From: Takakia lepidozioides
Lineage: Eukaryota; Plantae; Bryophyta
Reading direction: 5' to 3'
Assembly: GCA_030704615.1 (NCBI GenBank)
Contig: CM060733.1
Location: forward strand, 21,700,001-21,764,000
DNA: 64,000 nucleotides
This document shows positions 23,607 to 36,493 of the stretch, piece by piece. Below the pieces are notes generated by a model that saw only the letters and a list, made by a program, of their open reading frames with translations, did not search any database and had not been told where the DNA came from. Position numbers and translations under genes: made by a program. The first letter of the stretch is position 1, and every line of letters starts with the position of its first letter.

Positions 23607-26600
23607 ATGGCGCACCCCGACGCTTTCGTCGGCCCTCCCGATTCTGCGCCCGGACCCGCAGCGCCCGCTCTCTCCACTTTCCAGTTGCTGCTCAAATGTC
23701 CCTCCGGAATTTCCAGAGCTCAGGTTCTTGCTCTTACCTCTGCTTGTTTTGAAAGGAGACGTTGATAACGAAAGAACTAAGTCCCCGATCAAAAATGTCT
23801 TCGCTTCGAGTAAATAAGAATTCGAAGCTCAGTGAGAGCGGAGATAACTCATCCACACCTTGTTTTAAATCACAACTCATACATGAATTAGATCGGTTCG
23901 AGTGGATACATTCGGGGCGTGAGTGAGTAGCTGTCCAGATGAGAAGTGTTTAAGTCGCTTGACAATCGATTCTTGTCCAATATTTCCCTTATTATGTCCA
24001 CCCAGCAGCAGGTTGAGCATTCACTTCATTTACTTGATTTAACTTCCTTTAGTCGCTTTCTCACTCCAGCCATTCATCTATATAATGAATATGATGCAAA
24101 TCACTGAAAATTTGGCAGCAGTTGCAGAAACGTTATGTAGCTGGGAATCCTACTTACACATACATTATGAATGCACAATTTGCTTTTCTGCTCATCATTA
24201 GAACTTTGCCTAGGGAAAAGCAAAGCCACAAATCAGGGAAAAACCTTAGGGGAGTTTTAAAGTTGGAGTGAAGGAGACTATAAGAAAGATACAATAATTA
24301 TGTTCCTCCACAGGACACCAAGGCCCTCCGGGAAACAATAGAACAACATGACATAGCCAAAAGAGCAGATCAAGAGGGAATGACTTCTGGGCTTTCTGGC
24401 CGTGCACTCTCTGCTCTAAAAAGAATGTCTTACTTTCTGGCCCTGATCTTGGTATGCAGCTGCAAGTGGTCTTCAGTGAAGTGTATGACAGGAAGCCCCA
24501 TCCTAACAGTGCCCTGGAAGAAGCCCTGGAAAGTGTATGGTCATTTCTGCACTGTGCTGCCAAATGCAAAACATCTCCTTCTTCTAGTTGCCGAACAGTA
24601 GACAGGAACAGCAAGATACTCTCAAAGTACTTGTGTCACTTCACATTAAGCACTAGACATGCTGCTAGTGGCAGCACAGTAGGTGGCAGAGGAATTCCAT
24701 ACCATTATGTAAAGTAGTTAAGAAGAATGAAGTTGGGAATCTTCAGACTTAAATTGGAGTGTATACAAGAGGGCTAGAGGAAATTGATAGCCATGCTGGG
24801 GAACCAATGTGCTCTGTTAAGCTTCGAAAACCTGATTTTGCACTTCTGCCAAATCTTCATCATGGGAAAGATGTATATGGACTCATTCATGGCAGGCTGA
24901 CTCTTTGATATGCTGTTTGTGTTGCATGAATAAGCAGACATGGGAGCAGCGAGTGACAATGCAACCCTCATTGTACAATGGCACCAAGTTCAGAGTAAGT
25001 TTGGCACTGCTGGCCACCCAACATTGTGTTGTTTGCATAGAACAAAACTCTCTAGGTCTTCCCCTTTTCTTTTCTGTGAGAGTAGAAGAGATCCTCAAGG
25101 ACCTGGACCTGGATCCGCAAGTCTTGACCCTGCTGGATAAATCTGACTTAGAGGCTGTCGTGTCCTCAGCCATGTCTGTTGCCATGAGATTGTCTGATGA
25201 AAATGAAGTTAGGCAGAAAACTTCCCTGAACTTGTTTCCAGTCTGTGACGTGGGGGAGGACATCTTGGATGACCTCAAGGGTCTACCCACTCTCGGCACT
25301 AGACTGAAATTTAAACTCAGGGCAGGAAGCCTACCTTTGAACAGCAAACAGAAGCAGAGAGGAAAGGGAGAGTGCAATTGCCCGTTGTGTGGGCAATCTG
25401 AAGACAGTATTCATTTTCTGATACACTGTCCGGGGTTCTCTCACCAAAGAGACGCTCTCTTCAAATCTATTAAGGGAATTGTGCCTGTACCCCTGTTTAC
25501 CAACTTTGAAAGTCTCGAGGCTGAGCCAAAAGCCCAGGCCCTCCTGAGGCCTAGTTTTTGGGCAAATCACACACAGCAGATTGATGCTTGTGTGAAGGGA
25601 TTTCTAGAGGATATCTGGAAAACCCGGATTAATTCTTTATATGGAGGTAAGTCTTACTACCAACGTCAGCCCCTGACAGAGGTAGGTTCTGTCCCTTTTG
25701 TTCCCGCTCAAACTGGGCGCGGGGTCAATGGCCACAAGGCTACGGCAAACAACGTCTTATGAGTACAATCTGATCTTTTCCCCTTGACAGTGCTAGAAAA
25801 TGGGGTTGTCTTGGATCACAGTATGGAGGCTATCGGATGGAAAATGCTGGAGGGGAGCCGGATGGGCTCACAACAGTGTGCCTTTGCCTTGGTCTCACAG
25901 ACTACAAGTAGGCCACATTAGCCCACCCTGATGGTGTATGTGATTGTGATGGTGGGGCGGTTGCTACTCCATTGTGCATAACCAGGAGACTGAAACCTAT
26001 AAAGCAAGGAAGCTATTTGATTTCTGCTTTTGGAGCTATGAGTGGGTGGACTTTCCAAGGGATATGGCAAGGGTCATCTGGCAATTGCTAGCACCTCACT
26101 AGCTACGTAGGGTGTGATAATAGTTGCCAAGCTCCTCTGTGTGGCAGAAATGTTTTTGCAACTCCATATATCAAAGGAAAATGGAGGGAGCGATCTATTG
26201 ATGAACGAGATAGTAGAGTAGACAGGAAATCATCTCATCTAGGAGACTACAAGAGAAGTCCAAGAGTGTCAAAAATGAAACGAGAACCAAAGGAGCATAT
26301 GAAAAAGGATAAGGTGGGGGGGGGGAACAAGGAGTTAGATTGCCTGATTTCAAAAGAAAGATTGCAAAAAAATGGGAAAACTTTGCATGGATTCATATTG
26401 TAAATATAGTAAAGGGTTCTCTGTTCTCTAGTTTTGCAGGACATTTGTGGGAACAAATTTGAGTGCTGAGTGGGAGCGCTTCCTTGTGGCAGCCCCAGGT
26501 CAGAACAATAATCATAAACTGTGTCCTCAAAAACAATGTTTGTAAGGGTTTGTGTAGGGTAAGTCCTTACAGTTCCGAAGGTCTTATATCAGTACATGAT

Positions 26601-28434
26601 TCGAAAAACCATTTTATGGGAAAGAGGGGATGATGAGTATTCCACACAATCTCAGATTTCTTATAGGGGCTTATAGCTCTACTTCTACAAAAGAACACTT
26701 CTGCTGTACATCCACCTCCGTGTTAACGTTGCTCAGGTTATGTCATAAGCGGTGTTACTGAAACAGTGTACCTGAAGTATATTAATCTTACCTCCCTTGG
26801 TACTGGTGACATGGAATTTCCAGCACCCATGGTGCACAAAACTTTTCTCAAGCTTTACAACTGCTATGAAATAGAGCGGGTTGACTTTAACGAAATTTAC
26901 CGTTGTTACGAGATTGAGGATTAATTCATTGCTGGACCATTTAACCACAGGATGATGACGTCAATATGGCATCACCCTTTGTCAATGCTTCTAGTTTCAC
27001 ATTGTGGGACCTCACCAACTTACAGCACACCATGTTTTCCAGTTTTTAGGTGCTAGAACGAAGTTTAGTAGTTTTATTGAGATATTGAAAAATGATGGGG
27101 TGGAGTCTGGTAGAGAATGTGCAGAAATGCAAGCATACAGCCAATCCTCTTGGAAATGGGGCTATTGTGGAGACTTCCGACAGCCAGATTCTTGTCTTGC
27201 AGCGAAGTTCCAACGTAGGTGAATTTCCAGGTCACCTTGTCTTTCCTGGTGGGCATTCTGAGGTAGGTCCTTGCTCGTTCATCCTTGACCTGCAAGCTCC
27301 GAGGAGTCCATGGTTGCATTGAAATCAAGGGTCTCTTAATCAAGTCTCAAGAGACTGCACATGTTATTTATGAATTAGGTCGTCAAAACACTGGGCCCTA
27401 CCTGTGGGTGAATTTTCTTTCCTTGAATCTATCTCATAATTGGGCCTTGCTGTGGATGTAGAAGTCACATCTTATTCTTTCTTCTTCTTCCTCTCAATTC
27501 ATTTGTGAGCTAAGTCACATGTGTCAAGCAGCCTCAAGAGGTGGGAATAGAAGGGCACATTTTTAAAGGCTCGGTCCAGGAGAAGAGTGAGATCAACAAA
27601 GCAATTGCACAAGAACTGTTTGAGGGCATCATTCGTGAAGTTGTGGAAGAGACCGGAGTTCCAGCTTCTTCCTTGGTATGTCAGCTAACTCAACACTCAA
27701 GTGTTCTGCTTTACCAGTCCCCAGATTCCATATTATGGGACTACAGACCATGCAAGATGGACCTCTGGTATGCCAATTGTGTCAATAAGTTATCTGCATT
27801 AAGGGCTGATCTAACAGAATGTGAGTGTTCCAATTTGCAGAGTGACCCACTCTTCATTGGCATGTCAGAGAGGTGTAAATGTGAGGCCAACTGCTTTCTT
27901 TTACGTCAAGTGTGCTCTCTCTTCATTGGAAGTGCAGGAGCATTATGGCCATGCTGAAGACAACTTTGAATCAACGCACCTTCTTGCAGTGTCTCAGGTA
28001 AAAGGCCCTTGGGCCTTACCCTCTCACAGGCCTTACCATACTGGACCAGGCCCTCTGACTGGATGGCCTTACAAGGCAGAAGGTCATGTTATTGAAATAA
28101 AAAGTGGAGAAGAAGAGAAAGAAGAAAAAGAAACCCAAAAAGGAAGGGATGGGCTTATGGGTGATAAGGGGGTGGATATGCAGGAGTGAAAAAGTAGCAG
28201 CACATCTGGGGGGGTGGCAGGGGGGGCGTTGGCCAAGGGTGTACCTGTGTGTTAGAAACACTGGCTACTGTACTGGAAACAGCTGACCAACAACTGTTCG
28301 CAGTGGTGCTTTCAATTGGAGCTGACTTTTGTGTGGTGGTGCATTAGGCAGAGTTGCTGACGGAGGCCAGAAAGATGCCAGGCTGCCATCAAGGTGGGGC
28401 GGTTCTCTATGACCTAATCAGGAAGCAGTCTTAA
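23607..28434 (+). CDS. NUDT9: Nudix hydrolase 9-like protein (9 exons; apparent 1-nt frameshift in exon 8)
   Basis: GT-AG exons: 23607-23723 (..FQLLLKCPSGISRAQ), 24460-24534, 24938-24994 (WEQR..LYNGTKFR), 25822-25907 (YGGY..LGLTDYK), 26440-26498 (TFVGTNL), 27114-27262 (NPLGNGAIVET..VGEFPGHLVFPGGHSE), 27532-27675 (REVVEETG), 27841-27997, 28348-28434 (MPGCHQGG). Resembles plant NUDX9. Confidence 0.88.
25075..25762 (+). mobile_element. 5'-truncated LINE (non-LTR retrotransposon) 3' end within NUDT9 intron 3
   Basis: KFKLRAGSLPLN..CPLCGQSEDSIHFLIHCP..FLEDIWKTR, the C-terminal CCHC region typical of LINE ORF2. Confidence 0.75.
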
Positions 28435-30884
28435 GCCTCTATGGCACCTTCATGGCACCTCTTAAGCCTCTAATCAGGAAGCAGTCTCAAGCCACCAACC
28501 ATGCCATGATCTATTTCATTGCTACAAAAGGAGGCAGGCTTTAAGGGCCACTTCTCAGGGACTTCATGGAGCCTGCCTGTGAAGAAATCCGAGAGAGTGT
28601 GTCTCAGAGTCTGACAGGCTGTATCAAAATTCGGGGAAACGGGCTAGAAACAGTTGCACGCTGCCTGCGTACGAGCACACACTAGTCTCATGTAAGTTGC
28701 AGCCCTGTCTCCAGCTCTGTCCCTATCTTTAGAGCAGTCGTGTGATCATGATTGTTAGGGTATGTATACTGCCCACGATAATTTTGCTAAAGTGAGCTTG
28801 TTCCAAAGCATGGATGCTGACGGATGACACTCACTCTTTTGTCGAGTATTGACAATGTTTTTCCAGTCAAAGTATCAGTATCATAACTACGGCAGGAAAT
28901 GAGACAGCTTTCGCTAGTAACTTACAATGCTTGTGCACTTCTGTTCTATTCTAACTGTGTTGTAACTTGTAACGCTGTAAACCCCAAAAACTAAATCATT
29001 CAAGTTGAAACCTCCAACACTATGGCTGAGAAAGGAGGTTGATTTTTTCCCTCAAGGCCCTGTGTAGCCGTGGCTGCTTCCGAGAGAACAAAAGGGGGCA
29101 AATGCAAGGAAGATAAATTGAGAAAATATGAACGAGGTGACAACTGCTTGGGAACTTGCAAGTTAGATCCCTTACCAATTATGCAACGGGTGTTGTTTTC
29201 TCCCTTGTTCATAAGTGAGAATCTCATAGTGATCCTCCCTATAATTTGATGCTTTTGAAACGTCTTTTTTGAACCTCGTCAAAGTTTACCGTAGACTCGT
29301 CGTAGATCAGCTCAAAGCAGAGTCCCACTCTTGTCAATTTTGGATCGCGAGTGTTACCTGCACTGTGCTGCTCGCTCTCTCGCTCAAATACAGTAGAGAG
29401 TGTGATAGAAAAAAGGAGGCGACCGAGCACACGGGACTCGTTGCGAGCGCGGCGAACCACTGTGCGTACAGACACGAGACTCGCAACCCGCGCGTGCCAC
29501 ACGCAGCGCAGTCGCGGGGCGGCAGGCGTCGGTGCTTTGTATTTTTGGGGTAAGACCCGGATCAACCCCCTCCCTCCCTGCCTTCTGCCCTCACAAGTTT
29601 AGGGTTTTGGGTGCGCGCCTGCCCGCTACCCTCGCGGCCGACCCCACGCCTGGCCGGGTCCCTCAAGGATATTTCTTTACTCGAGGTTTCTGTACTTATA
29701 CGAGTCCTGCGGAAGCCGGGCAAACGATATGGGAAAATTCATTACGGCAATGTTGAATTTTGTTTCACATAAATTTGCACCGTCAAGCCCAGCTAAGGTG
29801 TCGCATTAATTTTCTTGGAGAGCTAAAATTATCTCCTTGCAACTCGTGATAGTTTATAGATTCTCACAATTAATGAAAACCAGAAGATGTGTGGAGACTC
29901 TCCCTAAAAGTCCAAGCAGCAACATGAGCCGGCTGGCTGGAAGTCTCCTGCATCGCTTCAGCTGGAATCCTAATGAGAGACTGCATAGGGATGCTTGCGG
30001 TGCTTAGCAATTTAGTGCAAGCTTTCACTGTATTCAGTGTAGAGTATTGAACATGTGAAGTCTTTGGTGTTTGGATCTGAGGCAGCTGGGGACATAGCAA
30101 TACTATTATGATAATCTGTGTGAACACTTCCCTACTAGCCCATTGAGGTTGGGAAAACCAGCTCCATAAACCAGAAACGGAATCATAGTGAGCGCCACAA
30201 CATGAAGCTACTTCAATAATGCCATGAGGCAGAATCTCAGTCGTTTGAACAGTCCATGCCCTTGGTATTTGTCACAGCATGCATTGTGTGGATAAATCAA
30301 TAGTGGCCCCCTGAAACAACTGAACAGTCCTAATCTTCAATGAATACCTTAGCTCTAGGATGAGATTCCCTGCCCATCAGCTAGGCATCAGCAGGTCATG
30401 TAGCCTAATAACAAGACTTCCTCTAATTAATCTTCAGAGTACATTCCTATACAAGCCCTCATTGACAACTCCCTTGTTTTCCAAAATGAGAGGACAATAC
30501 ATCAAAAGTAAAACCATAGAACATCATGCAAGTCATATGCACTCACCCTAAGGGGAGGCTGGCAAAATTGCCATGCTGGATTCAAAAGCCCCTCCAATTA
30601 CAAAAAGATATCCTTATGTTCTTCCTCTTCCAACCCTGAAAGCTGATGATCTTGTATTCCATTGAAGCTTTCTCCACCACGCTGCCGTGTAATGGAACCT
30701 TTGTCTGATCTCTATCTGGTATCAATTTCATGCATATTGACTACAGGATTGTACACACCCAACCTTCAGGGATGTTGACAACAGGCTTTGCAAAGATGAG
30801 GTTGGCAAAGACACTGAGATTTGAGTAGCGGCTGATCAAATGACATACTACATAGATAACAGAAACAATCTCCAAAACTAAATG

Positions 30885-33097
30885 CTATCGCCCTGAAAAG
30901 AATCGGCGCCACGATTGCCAAGGTAAAAATCCCCCTAGCCAGACAGCATCACAGACAAATGTCAGCTCAGAAATTACACAAACTTAAATAGGGCATATGC
31001 GTACACATGGGATCTTGCTTGAGGTCATGCTCCCTAAATGAAAACAGCATAAACTTGTGAGATGGTAGGTCAAGAGGTAACCCTCATGTGCCTGGCAGCA
31101 AGTGGCTGCTAGAATGAGGGCTCCAACCTCGGATGGGAGCAAGTAGTAAATCCAAGTTGGAACAGGTAATTCTTACGGATCATGCAGAATTTGGGAACTC
31201 TAATAATATACACTGTCAAATGGCCTCCGCCTTTGTTGGCAAAAGCAATAAATACCAGAGATTTTTGAAACCAACAACACTCTTGAAATTCTTGCACATC
31301 CTTCGCATGCTTTAGAGTCTTTGCAAGGTGATGGCCAAATTCAAAGCTGTAGTTTACAGCTTTGTAAGCACAACACCTTCACTTGGAACATTATCCTCCA
31401 ATGAAACAAAGCTCCAGATTCTATAAGGACTACTAATCCTCCCCCCCCACCGCCTACCCTGGCTCTTGTAAGCAGCAACCAACAGATATTAGTTTGAAGG
31501 TAGATGCTAGACACTCACCCCTGTTCTTCAGTGAAATTTTGTTACTAGTATGTCAACCATCTTCCACTTGACTTCAGAGTACTTGGGCAACATACTAACA
31601 TAAGTGAATTCAAAAACATCAGAAAGAAAAAAAAGTGTGCCAAGAAAGTCAAACACACCACAGCCATTGCAGCGGAAGTAGTATCCCCACTTTTCAACCA
31701 GTCCTGATCCCTGGCAGACTTTACACCTCCTTTGAGCTGCCTGCACCAATACAATGCCAGCATTGAATGCAATGCCCCAGAGACATACTTTGAACAAAAA
31801 GAAGGATGAAGAAGGAAGGACATTTACCTTGTGTGGGAGGTCCAGAGGGAGACAGTTGCAGAGAAGGAGAAACAGGGAGAGCAACAGGAAGGAGGCAATT
31901 AAGTGGGTGGGAGGGAAGCCTGAGTCATAGGCAACTTAGATGTGTGAAAAGGGCACCTGTCCCTCATAGTTAACCCCATCCAATATGCCTTACCCACAGA
32001 CAGATGAGGGTTGTAAGGCAGGGGCTTAGTGGCTGCTCAATATGCAACGGGCGGCAAGAGTATCAATTTAAAAAACACTGCTAAAGTAGGACCGCATCTG
32101 TCAATTCTCTCTGCTCGAAGTGGGAAAGTGAAACTCACGATGCGTTTGCTGAATTCGATCCCCGCAACCACAAACGGCGTGACCCCCGCTGCATCAAAAA
32201 AACCACTTGGAACATGAATCTAGGTGATGGAAATGCCTCGCTCCACTACCGCTGTTGTGTGATTAAGGAAATGTAGGATCTTCCCTGCCAAGTGCAGGGC
32301 GGGCCTATGTTCTGGCACTTCTCCACTATCCTTTGCCTATCTGAGACACTGGCAAATGGCTGTCCACTCAGATGTGTGCATAGAACACAATCTGAAAGGA
32401 GCCACTGAGGACCTGTATAAAAAACCTCTCACTTTTATATTGCTTATCTTCACAAGGGAGGATTATTTGATCAATATCAGTACAGACCAATTGGAGCTTG
32501 GAATTCAATTGCGTTTGGAAGGACGCAAATTGCCTCTCCTCAAAGGATGGCCCAGATCGAACTAACCCTGTGAAGCGATCGCAGCACACAAGACTCTTAT
32601 AATACCAGATTCCTCTACTCAAATTGGGTTGATTACTTCAGCTCGTTTCAGTCCGCCTCTTCGGTCCGCTCGTGCTACACACTCTTTTCCAAAACCTGAG
32701 TAGTGGAATTTGGGGGTGAGAATTGTGTGTCTACCCAAATATGCATAGCGCATGAGCTGATTCAGCTACATACTCCTAGTTGAAGTTACATCATTTCATG
32801 TAGAAATCTGACAGCCCCATCCAAGCCCAATTTCATACAATTCTTGGCAAATAATCCCGATCATCAATTCAGCTTGGTTGTGAATCAATGGAGAGTACCA
32901 ATGGCGCCAGCAGCAATCTGCCATGACAGGTCAGGACTGCCTACAACCTGAGTCGCCTCAGCCAGCTCCGTTGAGGCTCGTGTCCGCCATCTTAGCCGCC
33001 GCTGCTTTGCGGGGGCCTGCACGTACGATGGACGCTCTAGAAATTGTGGGTGCAAGCACTTGTGGGTGAGCATGCACGTCGCACCCGCCATAGCCAT
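30885..33097 (-). CDS. Small plastid-type protein with a DnaJ-like CxxCxGxG zinc finger (4 exons)
   Basis: Transit-peptide-like N-terminus ending LSWQIAAGAI (33097 to about 32899); GVTPFVVAGIEFSKRI (about 32188-32139); AAQRRCKVCQGSGLV..YFRCNGC (about 31740-31659); GGFLPWQSWRRFFSGR* (about 30934-30885); GT-AG junctions. Confidence 0.82.
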
Positions 33098-33403
33098 CTC
33101 ACGTTCCTTCTCTCACGATGAGTCCAACTCCAACTTTCGTGTAAAAGTTCAAATGCAGAACATTGACATGAACATCAGCGCCATAGACGTACCACCACTG
33201 TAGTAAAATGGATGAAGCCCTGTCACTGGAAACACAAGCATTTCAGCTTGTAATGATGAAAACCTGTACAGCTCGAAACATGAGGTATTTGAACATATGA
33301 TCAAAACCTGGGAAAGAACAAGGGCTTGTAAGCTTCTTGTGCAAAGGAAGCACGGAATGGGTCTTGAGTCTTGAAGTTCGCACAACCGTCAATAGTGCAC
33401 ATT

Positions 33404-33617
33404 GGCTGGTAGCTCAGCTGGTGAGTGCGCAGTGTGACGGCCTGGTGGTTCGGGGTTCAAACCCATTACCCTGCCCCGTGTGTGGATTGTTCGTGACGAT
33501 ATGTCTGGGCATTATTTGTCCTGTAGGTCTCATGGCGCGTAAATGAAAGGGGCGTTAGCCTGAATTGTGGGCCATCGCTCCCAGGTTTCCTTTTTAAAAA
33601 ACAAATGAAAAACAAAT
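33404..33617 (+). mobile_element. tRNA-derived SINE
   Basis: Pol III A-box TAGCTCAGCTGG (33410) and B-box GGTTCAAACCC (33454), a non-tRNA body and an A-rich tail; no full cloverleaf. Confidence 0.6.
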
Positions 33618-33699
33618 ATTGATTTTTTATTCTTTTTAAACCCTGAGGAACAAAAGTTGACATGCAAAGAATAAGGAAATGTGCGTTGTGGCCCGGTTT

Positions 33700-34217
33700 T
33701 GTCTAAGCTCAAAAAGAAAGCTTGCTTTCATCTGTACTCAATTACGGGGAAAGCCTTAATTATCAATCAGGTCCTACTAGCTTCCACCTGGTTCATTGCT
33801 TCGGGTTGGTCTCCTGGTTCTCTAATTATCAAACAAATCAAAGTGCTAGTCGGCAATTTTCTATGGGGAGCTTCATCTGCTGCCCCTACCGTCGGGCCCT
33901 TGTGAGTTGGTCTCATATCATCCAAAAGAAGAAACTAGGGGGTCTGGGGATTATTGACCCCCAAGCGCAGGTGACGGCATTGCTGGCAAAGTGGGTGCCA
34001 AAAACTGTTTTCGCACATCTCCTCGCCTTGGAGCCTGATCGTTAGAAACCACGTCATGGATTCAATTCCCTCGGCAGCACACCCAGCCGTCTTCTCTCAA
34101 GTGGGTGGTTCAAGGGCTTCCTTTTAAATCTGCCAAGTTGAGTTTTAGGGCCTGGCAATCGATATGGGACGCTTGGTTACGAATGAGACACAAAAGGCTC
34201 CTTCTGCTGATGAGGCG
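33700..34217 (+). mobile_element. L1-type LINE ORF2 fragment
   Basis: SITGKALIINQVL..NFLWG..VSWSHIIQKKKLGGLGIID..ALLAKW, the post-RT region of plant L1 elements; frameshifted. Confidence 0.8.
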
Positions 34218-35254
34218 TTAACCCTCAAGTGCCCCGACTCATTTTCACCCTCTTGTGGAAAAACATGACCTTGGCCCACAAAAATATTTTATCTACAGAA
34301 TCTTTGTGTCCCTGTAAAACTGACCGTTGGAATTACTCACAAAAAGTTTCATCAAATTCCAACCGCCAGATCTGAAGATTATAAAGTGTAGAGTGGGGAC
34401 AAAAAAACTCTTCACTAAGAAATAGGTGCCTTTTTTGAATGTTGTACCATACCTGATAACACACATCCTCAGAAATTTTCAGTTTTTTCTGAAATGTTCT
34501 CGAGTGGGCTCCTTTGTAGTGACAAATTGGGGGGTCGCCATCTTCTGCAATTACAGATAGACAATTACGGACATAAGAATTACGATGATAAAAACCAATA
34601 AAATGAATAAAACTAATATATTCGTCAAAAAATGTCCATAGTTTAAGCCTGATTTTGTCATCGTGGACCCATGATTCAAATGTGTCACATGTTATATGGA
34701 CATTTGTATGATCCTACCTCCTCTATCGTGCACATAAGCATCGTCAGCCTATTTTAAGTAATTCCGGACTTTTGGCTTAAATCCGGACCAAACTTAATAT
34801 ATAACATAATTAAAATTAATTCAGGTAATAATAATAATATCGTGGAATATTGAGTCATTTAACTTGTGAAGTTGCACAATCCCATTCATGTAACATCGAA
34901 TGGTAAGTCGAATGACGTACTTTGCATCAGAAAATTATAAAGATAAGATCGATTGAATGAAGTTATTAATAAATTGATAGATGTATGACATAAACAGATG
35001 ATGCAAGAAGATAATATACAAATGAAAAGTAAACATCCATACCATGCTTACAGTATAGTAGTACCATGAACCAATGTATTGCAAGTTTTCAATTGATGGA
35101 TTAAAACGTTGAATGGAATAAGGTTGGATTTCAATGAAACATGTGAATTATGTTTCAAAATATTTAGGGATCATTCCAATGTTCATATGACAACCAAATA
35201 TTGTGGAAGAGTGTCATGTAGATTCAGCTATAAAGTCATTGAACCAAGCCTGGA

Positions 35255-35790
35255 ATTAGGTTTTAGGTTATAGAGTTTGGCTAGGGTACATTGAAACATA
35301 GTACTTGGTATGAATGGAAAAGAAAATATGGGAAAGTGTACAGATGACTTGGCACCTATGAAAAATAAATAAGCATCAAACATTGAAATTAGGTTTTAGG
35401 GTATAGAGTTTGCGAGGGTACTAACCATAGTACTCGGTATGAATGGAAAAGGAAATATTGGGAAGGGTACAGATGACTTGTCACCTATGATTTAGGGTTT
35501 AGGGAATAAAATTTCCCAACCACAGATTGTATCTAATCTATGAAGAATGCGCATCAAACAATGGAGTTACGTTTAAGGGCTTAGGGTTTAGGGTTTAGAG
35601 AACTATAAATGGACAAACAATTATGGAATGTGAATCAAAAAATGATAGAAATCTGGGAAAGTGTACAAGTGACTTGTCACCTAAGAAATTAGACTTGAAT
35701 GAAATATCCCAAGGGCCATTCTATTATGCCCAACCTTGTAACCCTTGAAGAATGCGTATCAAACATTTGAATTAGGTTTAGGGTATATGG
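35255..35790. repeat. Degenerate tandem repeats of about 130 bp with telomere-like TTTAGGG motifs
   Basis: 'catagtactYggtatgaatggaaaag..gggaa..gtacagatgacttg.cacctatga' is repeated; TTTAGGGTTTAGGG at about 35491 and TTAGGGTTTAGGGTTTAG at 35581. Confidence 0.7.
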
Positions 35791-36493
35791 TTTAAGGTGA
35801 GGACAATGTAAGGACTGAAGGCCCCAGAAGTATTGTCTTTAGAAGGTCCTAATAAGATAAACAGACCCAAGATAAATTGACCTGAGATGACACGGAATAA
35901 CGGGTGACAAAGAGAGGTTCATGACTGATTAGTGACGAAGAAAATTGAGAAGAATGTTAAGATAGTCCGAAAAGGCAATAAAGGAAATGTAACTTTGTAC
36001 TTGAAGCCAGACTTACAGAAAGCTACTGACGAGTAATGGGAGAAGATTCACAAGATTCAGAAGCAGTAAACCGCGAGAAAGCTTGTCCATTGAAGCAACA
36101 ATTGTCACGCGGTTTATACTCAGGACATTTTTTAGACCAATCATATTGAGCCTAACAATACGACCATGTGGACCGAGAATGAAGGAGATGGGCGAATCTG
36201 TTGAGGAGAAGACACTTTGGTGAGAACCAGAGAACCAAAAGAAATGGGTGTAATGTGAGAGAGGAACTGCAAAAAGAAGGAAGCAGTGACATCAGGAAAA
36301 CTAGGAACTCCGGATGATCACTCGAGGTTCCTGAAACGTTACAGAGATGAGGTCCGGAAAAAAGCTGGTGGCTGACAAAGAAGGTAGATTAATATTTGAA
36401 CACGTGAAGAGAAACAAATTGGAGAGTGGAGGTAAAACATTAGTTTTATTCTTGAAAACATGCCGAGGAGTGAACCTCCACAATATGTCATTG

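Noticed and set aside
28976-29665. Possible solo LTR (TGTAAACCCC...GGGTCCCTCA)
   Set aside because: The ends are LTR-like, but I found no target-site duplication or second copy in the window.
33404-33480. Functional tRNA gene
   Set aside because: A and B boxes are present, but no convincing acceptor or anticodon stem could be built.
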